A stretch of 64,000 nt of DNA from Candidatus Kapaibacteriota bacterium. Lineage in GTDB: Bacteria; Bacteroidota; Ignavibacteria; Kapaibacteriales; UBA961. The DNA lies in the NCBI GenBank assembly GCA_049426725.1, contig JBMSYN010000012.1, forward strand, positions 2,139-66,138. Reading direction: 5' to 3'. Positions 1 to 9,212 of this stretch are shown piece after piece; the stretch's first letter is position 1, and every line of letters starts with the position of its first letter. The notes below the pieces were generated by a model. The model was not told the DNA's origin and did no database searches. It saw only the letters and a program-made list of their open reading frames with translations. The position numbers and the translations under genes were made by a program.

Positions 1-3
1 ATA

Positions 4-34
4 GCGGCATAAATTTACAAAAAATTCATGCCGC
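4..34 (-). terminator. Hairpin downstream of tsf (possible terminator)
   Basis: Inverted repeat GCGGCAT...ATGCCGC; any U-tract would lie outside the window. Confidence 0.35.
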
Positions 35-61
35 CATAGATGTCATGGACATTTCAATCTA

Positions 62-913
62 TTATTCGCCAAGAAAATATCTACGGAAGCTAAGAACGTT
101 AGCTTGTTCACCAGTCAATTTTGCAATCTCATTGAGAATGTCATTGACTGTTTTCTTGCTATCCTTCACAAAGCTTTGCTCGAGCAAGCATTGTTCTTGG
201 TAGAATTTCTCTATTTGTCCTTTTGCAATGCGATCAGCGATTTCAGGATTTTTACCTTCTTGAATTGCTTTATCGCGATAGATCTCAATTTCTTTTTCCA
301 ATGCACCGGTTTGTACATCTTCGCGCTTTACATAGCCGGGATTCATTGCAGCGATTTGCATAGCGATGTCACGGAGAAGAGCTTTTGCTTCTTCCACAGC
401 ATTCTTGATATTGGTTTCAACCAATACACCAAGGCGGCTTCCTGCATGAATATAATCTGCAACAAAACCTTCTGCCTTGATTACTTCAAAGCGCTTCACA
501 CCAATTTTCTCGCTGAATTTTGCAAGAATTTCATTGTGAAGATCAAGCAATGTTTTGCCACCGATATTCACTGCCATGAGTGATTCTTCATCTTTTACAT
601 CATTGTTGAGCAATGCATTTGCGATTTCTTCTGCGTATTTAACAAACTCTTCATTGCGTGCAACGAAGTCTGTTTCGCAATTGACTTCAACGATGACACT
701 CTTTGATCCATCGGCTGAGGTTTTTGCAATGATGATACCTTCATTTGCCGAACGATCTGCGCGCTTTGCAGCGGATGCAGCACCACGCTTGCGAAGAATC
801 TCAATCGCTTCTTCCATATTGCCTTGTGATTCATCAAGTGCTTTTTTACAATCTGCCATGCCGGCGCCAGTTTTATCGCGCAGGTCTTTAACCATTTGTG
901 GGGTGATTGACAT
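62..913 (-). CDS. tsf: Elongation factor Ts
   Basis: VKDLRDKTGAGMADCKKAL UBA-like N-terminus and EVNCETDFV motif; start moved to ATG 913 (MSITPQ) behind a CAGGA SD. Confidence 0.97.
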   Translation of the reverse strand: MSITPQMVKDLRDKTGAGMADCKKALDESQGNMEEAIEILRKRGAASAAKRADRSANEGIIIAKTSADGSKSVIVEVNCETDFVARNEEFVKYAEEIANALLNNDVKDEESLMAVNIGGKTLLDLHNEILAKFSEKIGVKRFEVIKAEGFVADYIHAGSRLGVLVETNIKNAVEEAKALLRDIAMQIAAMNPGYVKREDVQTGALEKEIEIYRDKAIQEGKNPEIADRIAKGQIEKFYQEQCLLEQSFVKDSKKTVNDILNEIAKLTGEQANVLSFRRYFLGE

Positions 914-948
914 AATTATTTCCTGTATTGATGATTGTTCGTTCGGAA

Positions 949-1794
949 TCAAGCTTCAGCCGGAGCATCTGAAGATTTGGATGATGCATCATCATCTTTT
1001 TTACGACGTGGACGCATTTTACGAGCGCCTTTTCCGCCATCTTCATCTGATTCATTTTCTTTTGCTAAACGATCGCCTGCAACTCCAGCTTCGGCTGCTT
1101 TTTGTTTTGCGATTTCACGACCTGAAAGCACTGACTCTGCAAGTGTTTCAGCAATGAGTTCAATCGTACGAATTGAATCATCATTTGATGGAATTGGATA
1201 ATTCACTGTATCAGGATCGCAATTGGTATCAACCATTCCGATTACAGGAATGCCAAGCTTATGTGCCTCTTGAATCGCGATATGTTCTTTGCGAACATCA
1301 ACAACAAAGATTGCACCGGGAATGCGAGTCATTTCCTCGATACCACCGAATACGCGACGCAAGCGCTCGCGCTCACGATTGAGCATCAAACGCTCTTTCT
1401 TTGTAAACTTTTCAAATGTTCCATCTGCTTCCATTTTGTCAATGGATGCAAGGCGCTTGATAGATTTACGAATGGTAGAAAAATTGGTGAGCATTCCACC
1501 CAACCAACGCTCTGAAACATAATATGCGCCACAACGCTTTGCTGCATTTTGAATGGCTTCTTTTGCTTGATTTTTTGTTCCGACAAACAATACCACTTTG
1601 CCATGGCTCGCTGCTTCATGTGCTGCTTCAGCTGCTATGTCCAAAAGTACTTTTGTTTTACGAAGATCAATGATGTGGATTCCATTGCGCTCTGTATAAA
1701 TGAACTTGCGCATTTTTGGATTCCAACGGCGGGTAAGGTGACCAAAATGGGCACCAGATTCGAGAAGGGCCTCGACTGTTGTTTCCTTTGCCAT
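949..1794 (-). CDS. rpsB: 30S ribosomal protein S2
   Basis: GAHFGH, WNPKM, RWLGGMLTN and DTNCDP motifs; start at ATG 1794 behind AGGAG; charged C-terminal tail. Confidence 0.97.
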   Translation of the reverse strand: MAKETTVEALLESGAHFGHLTRRWNPKMRKFIYTERNGIHIIDLRKTKVLLDIAAEAAHEAASHGKVVLFVGTKNQAKEAIQNAAKRCGAYYVSERWLGGMLTNFSTIRKSIKRLASIDKMEADGTFEKFTKKERLMLNRERERLRRVFGGIEEMTRIPGAIFVVDVRKEHIAIQEAHKLGIPVIGMVDTNCDPDTVNYPIPSNDDSIRTIELIAETLAESVLSGREIAKQKAAEAGVAGDRLAKENESDEDGGKGARKMRPRRKKDDDASSKSSDAPAEA

Positions 1795-1978
1795 TAGGCA
1801 ATCTCCTATTGTATTGGTTGATACTACTGCTTTGATCATCTCGATATTCCAACCGCATTTGCGGCCACGAGGACTATCAATCACAAAGCATGATTATTGG
1901 ATGATGTGACATCCTGAAGAATGCAAAGACCTCAGCCACATAAAGAGGTGAGGTCCGATGCATACATTTTCTGTTCGA
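1795..1978 (-). promoter_or_regulatory. Structured rpsB leader (candidate cis-regulatory RNA)
   Basis: 184-nt spacer holding several hairpins, e.g. GACCTCA/TGAGGTC at 1928-1955 inside ATGCA/TGCAT, GGATG/CATCC, AATCA/TGATT and CCGCA/TGCGG. Confidence 0.45.
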
Positions 1979-2365
1979 TTAACGCTTCGAGAATTGGAAA
2001 CGCTTACGAGCTTTCTTCTGTCCATATTTTTTACGCTCAACCATTCTTGGATCTCTTGTGAGAAAACCTGCTGAGTGTAATTGTGTGCGAAGCTCGCCAT
2101 CGAAATCTACAAGAGCACGGGCAACGCCAAGGCGAATCGCACCGGCTTGACCACTCTTTCCTCCGCCTGTCGCTTTGATGAAGATATCAAACTTGCCTTC
2201 AAGATTTGATGTCTCCAATGGACGCATTGCCTCGCGACGATAAAATTCAACGGGAAAATAGTCTTCGATTGGACTTTTGTTAACAGTAACCTTACCGGAG
2301 CCAGGCAATAATCTTACCTGGGCAACTGCTGTCTTACGACGACCGGTAGCTGTAATATTCTTCAT
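1979..2365 (-). CDS. rpsI: 30S ribosomal protein S9
   Basis: GRRKTAVA, GGGKSGQAGA and RDPRMVERKKYG...RFQFSKR. Confidence 0.98.
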   Translation of the reverse strand: MKNITATGRRKTAVAQVRLLPGSGKVTVNKSPIEDYFPVEFYRREAMRPLETSNLEGKFDIFIKATGGGKSGQAGAIRLGVARALVDFDGELRTQLHSAGFLTRDPRMVERKKYGQKKARKRFQFSKR

Positions 2366-2376
2366 GGATTACTCCG

Positions 2377-2835
2377 TTATTCTGCGCTGTATGTAAGTTT
2401 CAATTCTGTGGGCTCTTGTGCTGCATGCGGATGATCAGGTCCGGCATAGACTTTCAACTTCTTGCCCATTTTGCGACCAAGAGAATTCTTCGGAAGCATC
2501 CCTTTCACAGCAAGCTCGATAATTTCTTCCGGCTTGTTCTTGACAAGATCTTTGAAAGTGCGGAAACGATCTCCACCGGGATAGCCGGTATAATGGAAAT
2601 ACTCTTTCTGCTCTTCACGCTTACCTTTAATGCGAATCTTGGATGCATTCACAACTATCACGAAATCACCACAATCAACATGCGGGGTGAAATCGGGCTT
2701 GTGCTTGCCTCTGATCAAATATGCAACTTGAGATGCCAAACGACCAAGTGTCATGCCATCGGCATTAACAACATGCCATTTCGCCTGAACATCTTGTTCG
2801 CGTACTGATTTCGTGATTTTGGCGGATGATACCAC
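2377..2835 (-). CDS. rplM: 50S ribosomal protein L13
   Basis: LGRLAS, GKHKPDFTPHVDCGD and GMLPKN; GTG at 2835 is best spaced from the GAGGA SD (ORF track starts at 2841). Confidence 0.97.
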   Translation of the reverse strand: MVSSAKITKSVREQDVQAKWHVVNADGMTLGRLASQVAYLIRGKHKPDFTPHVDCGDFVIVVNASKIRIKGKREEQKEYFHYTGYPGGDRFRTFKDLVKNKPEEIIELAVKGMLPKNSLGRKMGKKLKVYAGPDHPHAAQEPTELKLTYSAE

Positions 2836-2876
2836 TGTCAAATCCTCAAAGAAAAAAGGAATTCAAATAGAGCTTG

Positions 2877-2907
2877 CAAAGATAGGATTTCGGCAGTTTT
2901 CCACAAA
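2877..2907 (-). promoter_or_regulatory. Bacteroidota-type sigma70 promoter for rplM operon
   Basis: On the minus strand TTTG (2907-2904), 19-nt spacer, TATCTTTG (2884-2877), matching TTTG-N19-21-TAnnTTTG. Confidence 0.6.
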
Positions 2908-2934
2908 GAAAAATTTTGCACAGGCTTATCCACA
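2897..2934 (+). promoter_or_regulatory. Three tandem DnaA boxes
   Basis: TTTTCCACA 2897-2905, TTTTGCACA 2914-2922 and TTATCCACA 2926-2934 all fit TTWTNCACA in the same orientation. Confidence 0.6.
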
Positions 2935-2977
2935 AATGATAGAGTTAAGCTTATCATAGGCGCATTTCAGGTTTTTT

Positions 2978-3766
2978 TCAGTGGTTTTTCGTCATTGCAG
3001 TGTGCAATATTATTGCCGAGCTTGAAGAGACATTCAGCGATTTAATAAGTCCGGACATCGGAATATGGACAATAAAATCGGATATCGCCAAAATACCTTC
3101 ATCTATACCATATCCCTCACTTCCTAAGACGAGAATGAATTCTTTAGGAAATGCAACATTTGCCACATTCATGGAATTCGGAGTGATTTCTGCTGAAATG
3201 ATGGGGATACCTCGCGTTTTTCGTAGTGTTTGGAGATCTTCTATCAAATTATTGGAATGAGCGCATTGGGCAAATGCCACGGCACCCATGGATACACGAA
3301 CGGCTCTCCGGAGATATGGAGAGCTTGTGGAATTGTCCGTGATGATGGATTCATAACCCAAACCGACTGCATTTCTGATGATTCCCCCAACATTGTCTGA
3401 ATTAACAATTCCATTCAATGCGATGATAGGACCTTGTAATGATGAGATTGTGGGAATCGTGGGCTCATGCACGATTGACATCATCGGGCTATGTAGATCG
3501 AACCCTATCAATGCATCCATGTTTTGTTTGGACATGATAAAGCATTGATCAGAATTCACATTTGTTAGAATCATCGCATGATGTTTTTGGTATAAATCTT
3601 CGGTGAGCAAGACGGATTGTACATTCAAAGGACTTTGCAAAACTGTGACCGTGATTTTTTCACCATCGGTCAAAAAGACTTTTGAAGATGAATGTAGTTG
3701 TTGTGCATGACGCAAATCTCGATACAAATCAAGACGCGAATCATTCAATTCATGAACATGAATCAT
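2978..3766 (-). CDS. TrmH/SpoU-family RNA 2'-O-methyltransferase
   Basis: NVGGIIRNA, LVLGSEGYGI and IPM...SLNVS SPOUT motifs. Confidence 0.9.
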   Translation of the reverse strand: MIHVHELNDSRLDLYRDLRHAQQLHSSSKVFLTDGEKITVTVLQSPLNVQSVLLTEDLYQKHHAMILTNVNSDQCFIMSKQNMDALIGFDLHSPMMSIVHEPTIPTISSLQGPIIALNGIVNSDNVGGIIRNAVGLGYESIITDNSTSSPYLRRAVRVSMGAVAFAQCAHSNNLIEDLQTLRKTRGIPIISAEITPNSMNVANVAFPKEFILVLGSEGYGIDEGILAISDFIVHIPMSGLIKSLNVSSSSAIILHTAMTKNH

Positions 3767-3768
3767 GA

Positions 3769-5028
3769 TCAGATGCGATCAAATTTGCAATAGCTTTGTA
3801 GCGCTTTTGGCACATTGATATGTCCGTCCTCTGTTTGATAGTGTTCCAGAATCGCAACCATCAAGCGCGATGTTGCAAGACCACTTCCATTCAATGTGTG
3901 GAGAAATTCCGGCTTCCCTTGATCATTTCGAAATCTAATATTGGCTCTTCTGGCTTGATACGATTCAAAATTGGAACAACTTGAAACTTCCAGCCATTTT
4001 TGTTCACATGGTGACCAAGCTTCAAGGTCATATGTTTTGGCGCTGGAAAAACTTGTATCGCCACTGCATAATTGCAAAACTCGATATGGAATTTCAAGTG
4101 CATTCAAAATGTCTTCGACATCTTTCACGAGCAATTCTAATTCATCATAGGAGGTTTCAGGTTTGACGAATTTCACAAGTTCAACTTTATTGAATTGATG
4201 CACGCGCAAAAATCCCTTTGTGTCTTTCCCATAGCTTCCCGCCTCTCTTCTAAAGCAGGCTGAATACCCGCAATACTTCACCGGCAATTGATCATTGGGC
4301 AATACTTCATCACGATGAAAATTCGTGATTGGCACTTCTGCCGTTGGTATGGCATAGAGTCCGTCAAGCGGCATGGCATACATGTCTTCTTCCATTTTTG
4401 GCAATTGACCCGTTCCACGCATAGAGGCATAATTTGCAAGAAATGGAGGCATCATTTCTGTATAGCCATGTTTTTCAAGATGTAGATCAATCATGAAATT
4501 GATGAGTGCTCTTTCCAGACTTGCGCCTTTGCCAACATAAAAACCAAAACCACTTCCACTAACTTTTGCACCGCGCTCGAAGTCGAGAATGTTCAAGTGT
4601 TTCGCAATTTCAAGGTGATTCTTTCTGAATCCTTGTTCGATTGTATCACCAACTTTACGAACCTCTATATTCTCTGCGGCGCTTTTTCCAATTGGAACTG
4701 ATGCATGAACCATATTGGGAATGCGCAAGACAATCTCTTCCATTTGTTCTTCAATTGGTCGTAGAGATTCATCGAGCGATTTGATGGTATCAGAAACAAC
4801 ACGCATTTCTTCAATGTGCGAAGTTGCATCTTCTTTGTTTTTTTTGAGCGAAGCAATCAATTCAGAAACAGTATTTCTTTTGCTCTTCAACACTTCCACT
4901 TCTTGAATCAAAGAGCGTCTTTGTTCATCAAGTTTGAGCAGTGCATCAATGTCTGCAGATTCATTTTTATTGATCACATTTTGTTTGACCGCTTCTGCAT
5001 GTTCGCGAATGAATTTGATATCAAGCAT
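3769..5028 (-). CDS. serS: Serine--tRNA ligase
   Basis: MLDIKFIRE start, N-terminal coiled coil, PTAEVP, FRREAG, RVHQF, EVSSCSN and HTLNGSGLA. Confidence 0.97.
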   Translation of the reverse strand: MLDIKFIREHAEAVKQNVINKNESADIDALLKLDEQRRSLIQEVEVLKSKRNTVSELIASLKKNKEDATSHIEEMRVVSDTIKSLDESLRPIEEQMEEIVLRIPNMVHASVPIGKSAAENIEVRKVGDTIEQGFRKNHLEIAKHLNILDFERGAKVSGSGFGFYVGKGASLERALINFMIDLHLEKHGYTEMMPPFLANYASMRGTGQLPKMEEDMYAMPLDGLYAIPTAEVPITNFHRDEVLPNDQLPVKYCGYSACFRREAGSYGKDTKGFLRVHQFNKVELVKFVKPETSYDELELLVKDVEDILNALEIPYRVLQLCSGDTSFSSAKTYDLEAWSPCEQKWLEVSSCSNFESYQARRANIRFRNDQGKPEFLHTLNGSGLATSRLMVAILEHYQTEDGHINVPKALQSYCKFDRI

Positions 5029-5145
5029 AGGATGAGCCGTGTACTGTTTTGTCATAGATTATAGTGCAAATTACATATTTCCCATTGAAAGAACGGAATT
5101 GCATGTCATGACAAGACCGTATTTTCGTATCCACAGGAGATATCA

Positions 5146-6084
5146 ATGTCATTAACACGCAATCAAAGAGCTGATTTATTCATGCTCTTCATCACATTGA
5201 TTTGGAGCGGCACATTTGTCATCATCAAGAATGCACTTGATGATGTGCCTCCATTTCTTTATACCGCTTTGCGATTTGCATTGGCATCTTTGATTGGATA
5301 TGGTTTGTGGTTTCGATATATGAAGGGGATCACTTCAAAAGACATTATTCAAGGAAGTGTTTTGGGTTTCTTTTTTGGATTGGGATTTTTGTCGCAAACA
5401 TGGGGTCTTCAACATACCACCGTTGCCAATTCCTCTTTCATAACTGGATCCATGGCTATCTTCACCCCGATTGCAGCCTATTTTATAAATAGGAGGTCTG
5501 TATCAAAGATTCAAATGATCGGAATCTTCACTGTCTTAACCGGACTTGGATTTTTTTCTCAGCATGGTTCCGCAGAATGGAGTTTCAATAGCGGGGATCT
5601 CGCAACCCTCTTTTGTGCGATCATGTGGGGGATGTATATCACCTATACGGATCGCTTTATGAGCAAAGCTGGTGATGTTCCAACCATTTCCGCTCGATTG
5701 ACATTGATTCAATTTGTGGTGTCATGCATATTCGCATCTATTGGCTCTGTATTGTTTGAAGGAAATCCTGCCAATATGCCGGGATTGATTTCTCAAGCAT
5801 TTTCTTCCATGGACTTTCTTCTTGCGCTTCTTTATACTTCCATCTTGGCATCGATAGTTGCCACTTATGTACAAACTCGATATCAACATGAAACAACACC
5901 CGTGAAGGCAGCATTGATGTTTTCAACGGAACCGGTAACCGCAACTGCATTTGCGGTGATTGTTGGCATGGAAACAATTTCAATAGACAAATTTGCTTTG
6001 GGTGGAATTGTGATATTGGGAGTATTGATAGCGCAATCTGAAGATTTCATACCCGCACTTCACAGGAATACTCAGGATTCCTGA
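5146..6084 (+). CDS. EamA/DMT-family transporter
   Basis: About 10 hydrophobic segments with IWSGTF, RF and EPV motifs; AGGAG SD. Confidence 0.9.
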   Translation: MSLTRNQRADLFMLFITLIWSGTFVIIKNALDDVPPFLYTALRFALASLIGYGLWFRYMKGITSKDIIQGSVLGFFFGLGFLSQTWGLQHTTVANSSFITGSMAIFTPIAAYFINRRSVSKIQMIGIFTVLTGLGFFSQHGSAEWSFNSGDLATLFCAIMWGMYITYTDRFMSKAGDVPTISARLTLIQFVVSCIFASIGSVLFEGNPANMPGLISQAFSSMDFLLALLYTSILASIVATYVQTRYQHETTPVKAALMFSTEPVTATAFAVIVGMETISIDKFALGGIVILGVLIAQSEDFIPALHRNTQDS

Positions 6085-7406
6085 AAGAGAATTGTTTCTC
6101 CATAAGTCGAAAGAATAGACTCAAGCACTTCCTTTGATCCAGATGCAGAGATAATGCAATGCTTTGGATCAAAATACTGTTGTTGAATTTCGAATACCCT
6201 ATTTCTGTCTGCCTGGGCAATTGTTTCAAACAAATTCTTGTGATAATCTTCCGCGAGCTGGTTGAACTCAATCATTTTTAGTCTTGAAGAGATTTGCTGA
6301 TTTGTTTCCATTCCTTGCACCAATGTACCAAGCAAATAATTCATGACCGTTTCACATTCTTCTTCTTCAAGCATTGTTTCTTGCATTGTTTTCAATTCTT
6401 GAAAAATCAGCTGTATGCTATGTTCAGTGACTTCATTCCCAACTTGAGTCTGAATATTATATGTATTCGACCCCTTCCTTCCATAACTCTGAGCAAATGC
6501 ACCATAAGTATAGCCATGCACTTCTCGCAATACATGATTGATATGCGAAGCGAAGTATCCGCCAAATGCAGTTGAGGCAATGCGAAACAATGGAAAGTCA
6601 GGATGATTCATTCCAATTGATGGAAATGCAATATGCAAGGCGGTTTGCACGGCATCGGCTTTGGGGGCAATGATGCAGAGCATATCATTTGAATAACTAG
6701 CCTGTGGAATTGAGAGTGCATCCTCTTTTGGTTTCCAATGTCCGAATTTTTCTTCAAGTGCATTCATCATGTGATCGGGTGAACAATTCCCTGATATCGT
6801 AAAAAATGCATCGGGAGTTTGCAACATGTTCTGATGAAATGCTTTGCATGTGTCTTGATTGATAAGAGCAATGCTAGAAGGGGTGCCAATGCGAGATTTA
6901 CCATAAGGGTGATGTGAAAACATCCGAGCGCTTGAAGCACGAGCGGCCAAATATTCCGGGTCAACGGCATATTGTTCATGTTCAGCGATCATCAATTCTT
7001 TTTTGAGATGTATTTCATCCTCCGGGAATTGCGAATCGAATAAACATTCGCTCATCAAATCAAGGATGGAATCTGTGTGAATCGCCAAACCAATTGAAGA
7101 GCATTCACATGCATCCCATGAGGCATAGAATCCGAATGAAAGACCCAATCTGTCAATCAACATTGAGATGTCTTGAGCCCTTTTCGTGGAAGTACCCGCA
7201 ATCATGAGTCCTGCAACTGCTCGAGACAAACCACTAATTTGTTCATGCACAGCACCTATTCTCATCGTAAGCGAGATTGAAATGAGCGGACTACTCGGAT
7301 CATGCACGAATAATATCTTCATGCCATTGCTGAGAGTGCGTCGCTCAAATGCAGGAAAAATAAAAAGGGGTTGTTCTTTTGAAATTGGGGGAATTGATCT
7401 ATCCAT
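6072..7406 (-). CDS. M16 (insulinase) peptidase-like protein, probably non-catalytic subunit
   Basis: TLSNGMKI, HPYG and LREVHGYTYG motifs; HxxEH absent (GLSRAVAGLM); start at ATG 7406 behind AAAGGAG. Confidence 0.8.
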   Translation of the reverse strand: MDRSIPPISKEQPLFIFPAFERRTLSNGMKILFVHDPSSPLISISLTMRIGAVHEQISGLSRAVAGLMIAGTSTKRAQDISMLIDRLGLSFGFYASWDACECSSIGLAIHTDSILDLMSECLFDSQFPEDEIHLKKELMIAEHEQYAVDPEYLAARASSARMFSHHPYGKSRIGTPSSIALINQDTCKAFHQNMLQTPDAFFTISGNCSPDHMMNALEEKFGHWKPKEDALSIPQASYSNDMLCIIAPKADAVQTALHIAFPSIGMNHPDFPLFRIASTAFGGYFASHINHVLREVHGYTYGAFAQSYGRKGSNTYNIQTQVGNEVTEHSIQLIFQELKTMQETMLEEEECETVMNYLLGTLVQGMETNQQISSRLKMIEFNQLAEDYHKNLFETIAQADRNRVFEIQQQYFDPKHCIISASGSKEVLESILSTYGETILFQES

Positions 7407-7516
7407 GATTGCTCCTTTCATGCAATCTACGGATTTCATCACAGGCATTTCAAGTATCTTGTAACATTATGAGGGTAACTTCGTAATTCCCAAATATTTT
7501 ATGGAGATAGACTAAC

Positions 7517-8092
7517 ATGAAAAGGGCTTATCGCAATACTCAAGACAAAGTGATTGCAGGAGTGTGTACTGGTCTCGGTGAATATTTTTCCATAGACCCT
7601 TTGTTCATTCGAATCATTTTTCTGCTATTATTCTTCGAACCACCATTTGCCGTGATTGGATATCTGGCACTGTGGATTGCCTTGCCAAAAAAACCACTGG
7701 ATTTACCCAATATCACATTTGAAGAATTCCCGAATGCATCAAATGAAACAGCTCAGCAAGCGAATCCATCATTTGAACATAGAGCAGAAGAATTTGCCAA
7801 AGAAGCTGAGAAGATTGGAACAGAAGTTGGAAATAAGATAGAATCCATTGCCAAAGAATTTGAGGAATCATTTAAAAACAAGCAGCAAAATAAAAAGATC
7901 AATATTGAAATCAATGTTGAGAAATCCGGAAAGAAAAGTAAAGCATTTGCAATCATACTGATTTCCTTGGGTGCATTATTCCTTGCACATAATTTTATAC
8001 CAGACATGGATTTTGAAAAATATTGGCCATTGATTTTGATTGGAATCGGTATTTCTATTCTTTTCTCAGGTAAAAAGGAGAAGTCATCATGA
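7517..8092 (+). CDS. PspC-domain protein with C-terminal LiaF/DUF5668-like TM hairpin
   Basis: DKVIAGVCTGLGEYFSIDP PspC signature; YWPLILIGIG. Confidence 0.85.
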   Translation: MKRAYRNTQDKVIAGVCTGLGEYFSIDPLFIRIIFLLLFFEPPFAVIGYLALWIALPKKPLDLPNITFEEFPNASNETAQQANPSFEHRAEEFAKEAEKIGTEVGNKIESIAKEFEESFKNKQQNKKINIEINVEKSGKKSKAFAIILISLGALFLAHNFIPDMDFEKYWPLILIGIGISILFSGKKEKSS

Positions 8093-9129
8093 AAGGTGCA
8101 AAGTTTCTATTTGGATTCTTCTTCATTTCATTGGGATTATTAACGTTTATCGATAATTTCAATCACATTCATGGCACAGAAGAATTATGGCGTTTGTGGC
8201 CGGTCATTCTTATCCTATTGGGTGTCGCATCATTGATAAATTATGACAAACTAAAAAATACCATGATGGCCGGCATAGGGATAATATCTGCTTTGACAAT
8301 CTTTTCATCTATGCAAGATGCACCTGTTTATGTTGCTGATTATCACAATGAAAAAGCGTATTCAACAACTGACACAACATTGATAACATTCGATTCAACA
8401 CTTAGTGATACAACATTCTTATCAATTGGGGCCGGTGTCATGAATATCAATCTCATGGCATCAGATGATACTTCTTTGATGATGATTTCATCGCAAAACG
8501 AATTCTTCCAAAGAGATGATGAGGATTCTCAGACTGAATCTCTTTTTTCGATTGACAAAATCATTAAGAATGGAACAATGCATCTAGATGTTGACATGGG
8601 CGGAAACATCAAGGTGTTCAGAAATAACAAATTGAAAAAGGCGGATTTTCGCTTAAATAAGAAACCAATTTGGAATATTGCATTGGCAGGTGGAGTCAAC
8701 TCTTTCAATGCGGATGTGTCGAAACTCAGAATTTCGAATTTTTCTTTTGATATTGGTGTAAGTGACATTTCATTAAAGCTTGGGGATTTGATTGACTCCT
8801 CGCATGTGGAAGTCAACGGTGGTGCCGTTACAAAGTTTCACATTGAGATACCGGAAGGTGTCGGTTGTAAAATTGATCATGAATCTGTATTGACAAAACA
8901 TAATTTCCCGGGTTTCATTCAAAAGGATGATCTATCATATGAAACTCCGAATTATCAATCATCAAGAAAGAAAATCACCATCAATTTAGAAACCGGTATC
9001 AGCTCAATCATGGTGAAAACATATAAGCAAAATCCTCCCATATCACCCTCAAATCAAAAGGATGAAAAAACTGATACATTGCTTAAGAAGCTAGACATAA
9101 AGCCAAATAAACAATCAAAACAATTGTGA
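8089..9129 (+). CDS. LiaF/DUF5668-like membrane protein with beta-rich (toast-rack-like) extracytoplasmic domain
   Basis: LWPVILILLG TM motif and repeated GA/GV beta-turn motifs; ATGA overlap with the pspC-like gene. Confidence 0.65.
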   Translation: MKGAKFLFGFFFISLGLLTFIDNFNHIHGTEELWRLWPVILILLGVASLINYDKLKNTMMAGIGIISALTIFSSMQDAPVYVADYHNEKAYSTTDTTLITFDSTLSDTTFLSIGAGVMNINLMASDDTSLMMISSQNEFFQRDDEDSQTESLFSIDKIIKNGTMHLDVDMGGNIKVFRNNKLKKADFRLNKKPIWNIALAGGVNSFNADVSKLRISNFSFDIGVSDISLKLGDLIDSSHVEVNGGAVTKFHIEIPEGVGCKIDHESVLTKHNFPGFIQKDDLSYETPNYQSSRKKITINLETGISSIMVKTYKQNPPISPSNQKDEKTDTLLKKLDIKPNKQSKQL

Positions 9130-9134
9130 CATAT

Positions 9135-9167
9135 AAACTCCGACATGATTTGTCGGAGTTTTTTTTT
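9135..9167 (+). terminator. Rho-independent terminator
   Basis: AAACTCCGACA/TGTCGGAGTTT stem followed by a T-run. Confidence 0.85.
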
Positions 9168-9212
9168 GCTTGTCCATTTTCTAAGTTGCGCATGAATTTT
9201 CCAGGGGACATC

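Noticed and set aside
104-1797. Long plus-strand ORFs (104-583, 555-1157 and others) antisense to tsf/rpsB
   Set aside because: Shadow ORFs arising from codon bias of highly expressed genes; no motifs or SD
5128-5136. Isolated DnaA-box-like GTATCCACA upstream of the EamA gene
   Set aside because: Single mismatched copy, expected by chance
9126-9212. N-terminal extension of ComM in the ORF track
   Set aside because: Spans a terminator hairpin; ATG 9213 with a GGGGA SD fits the family start
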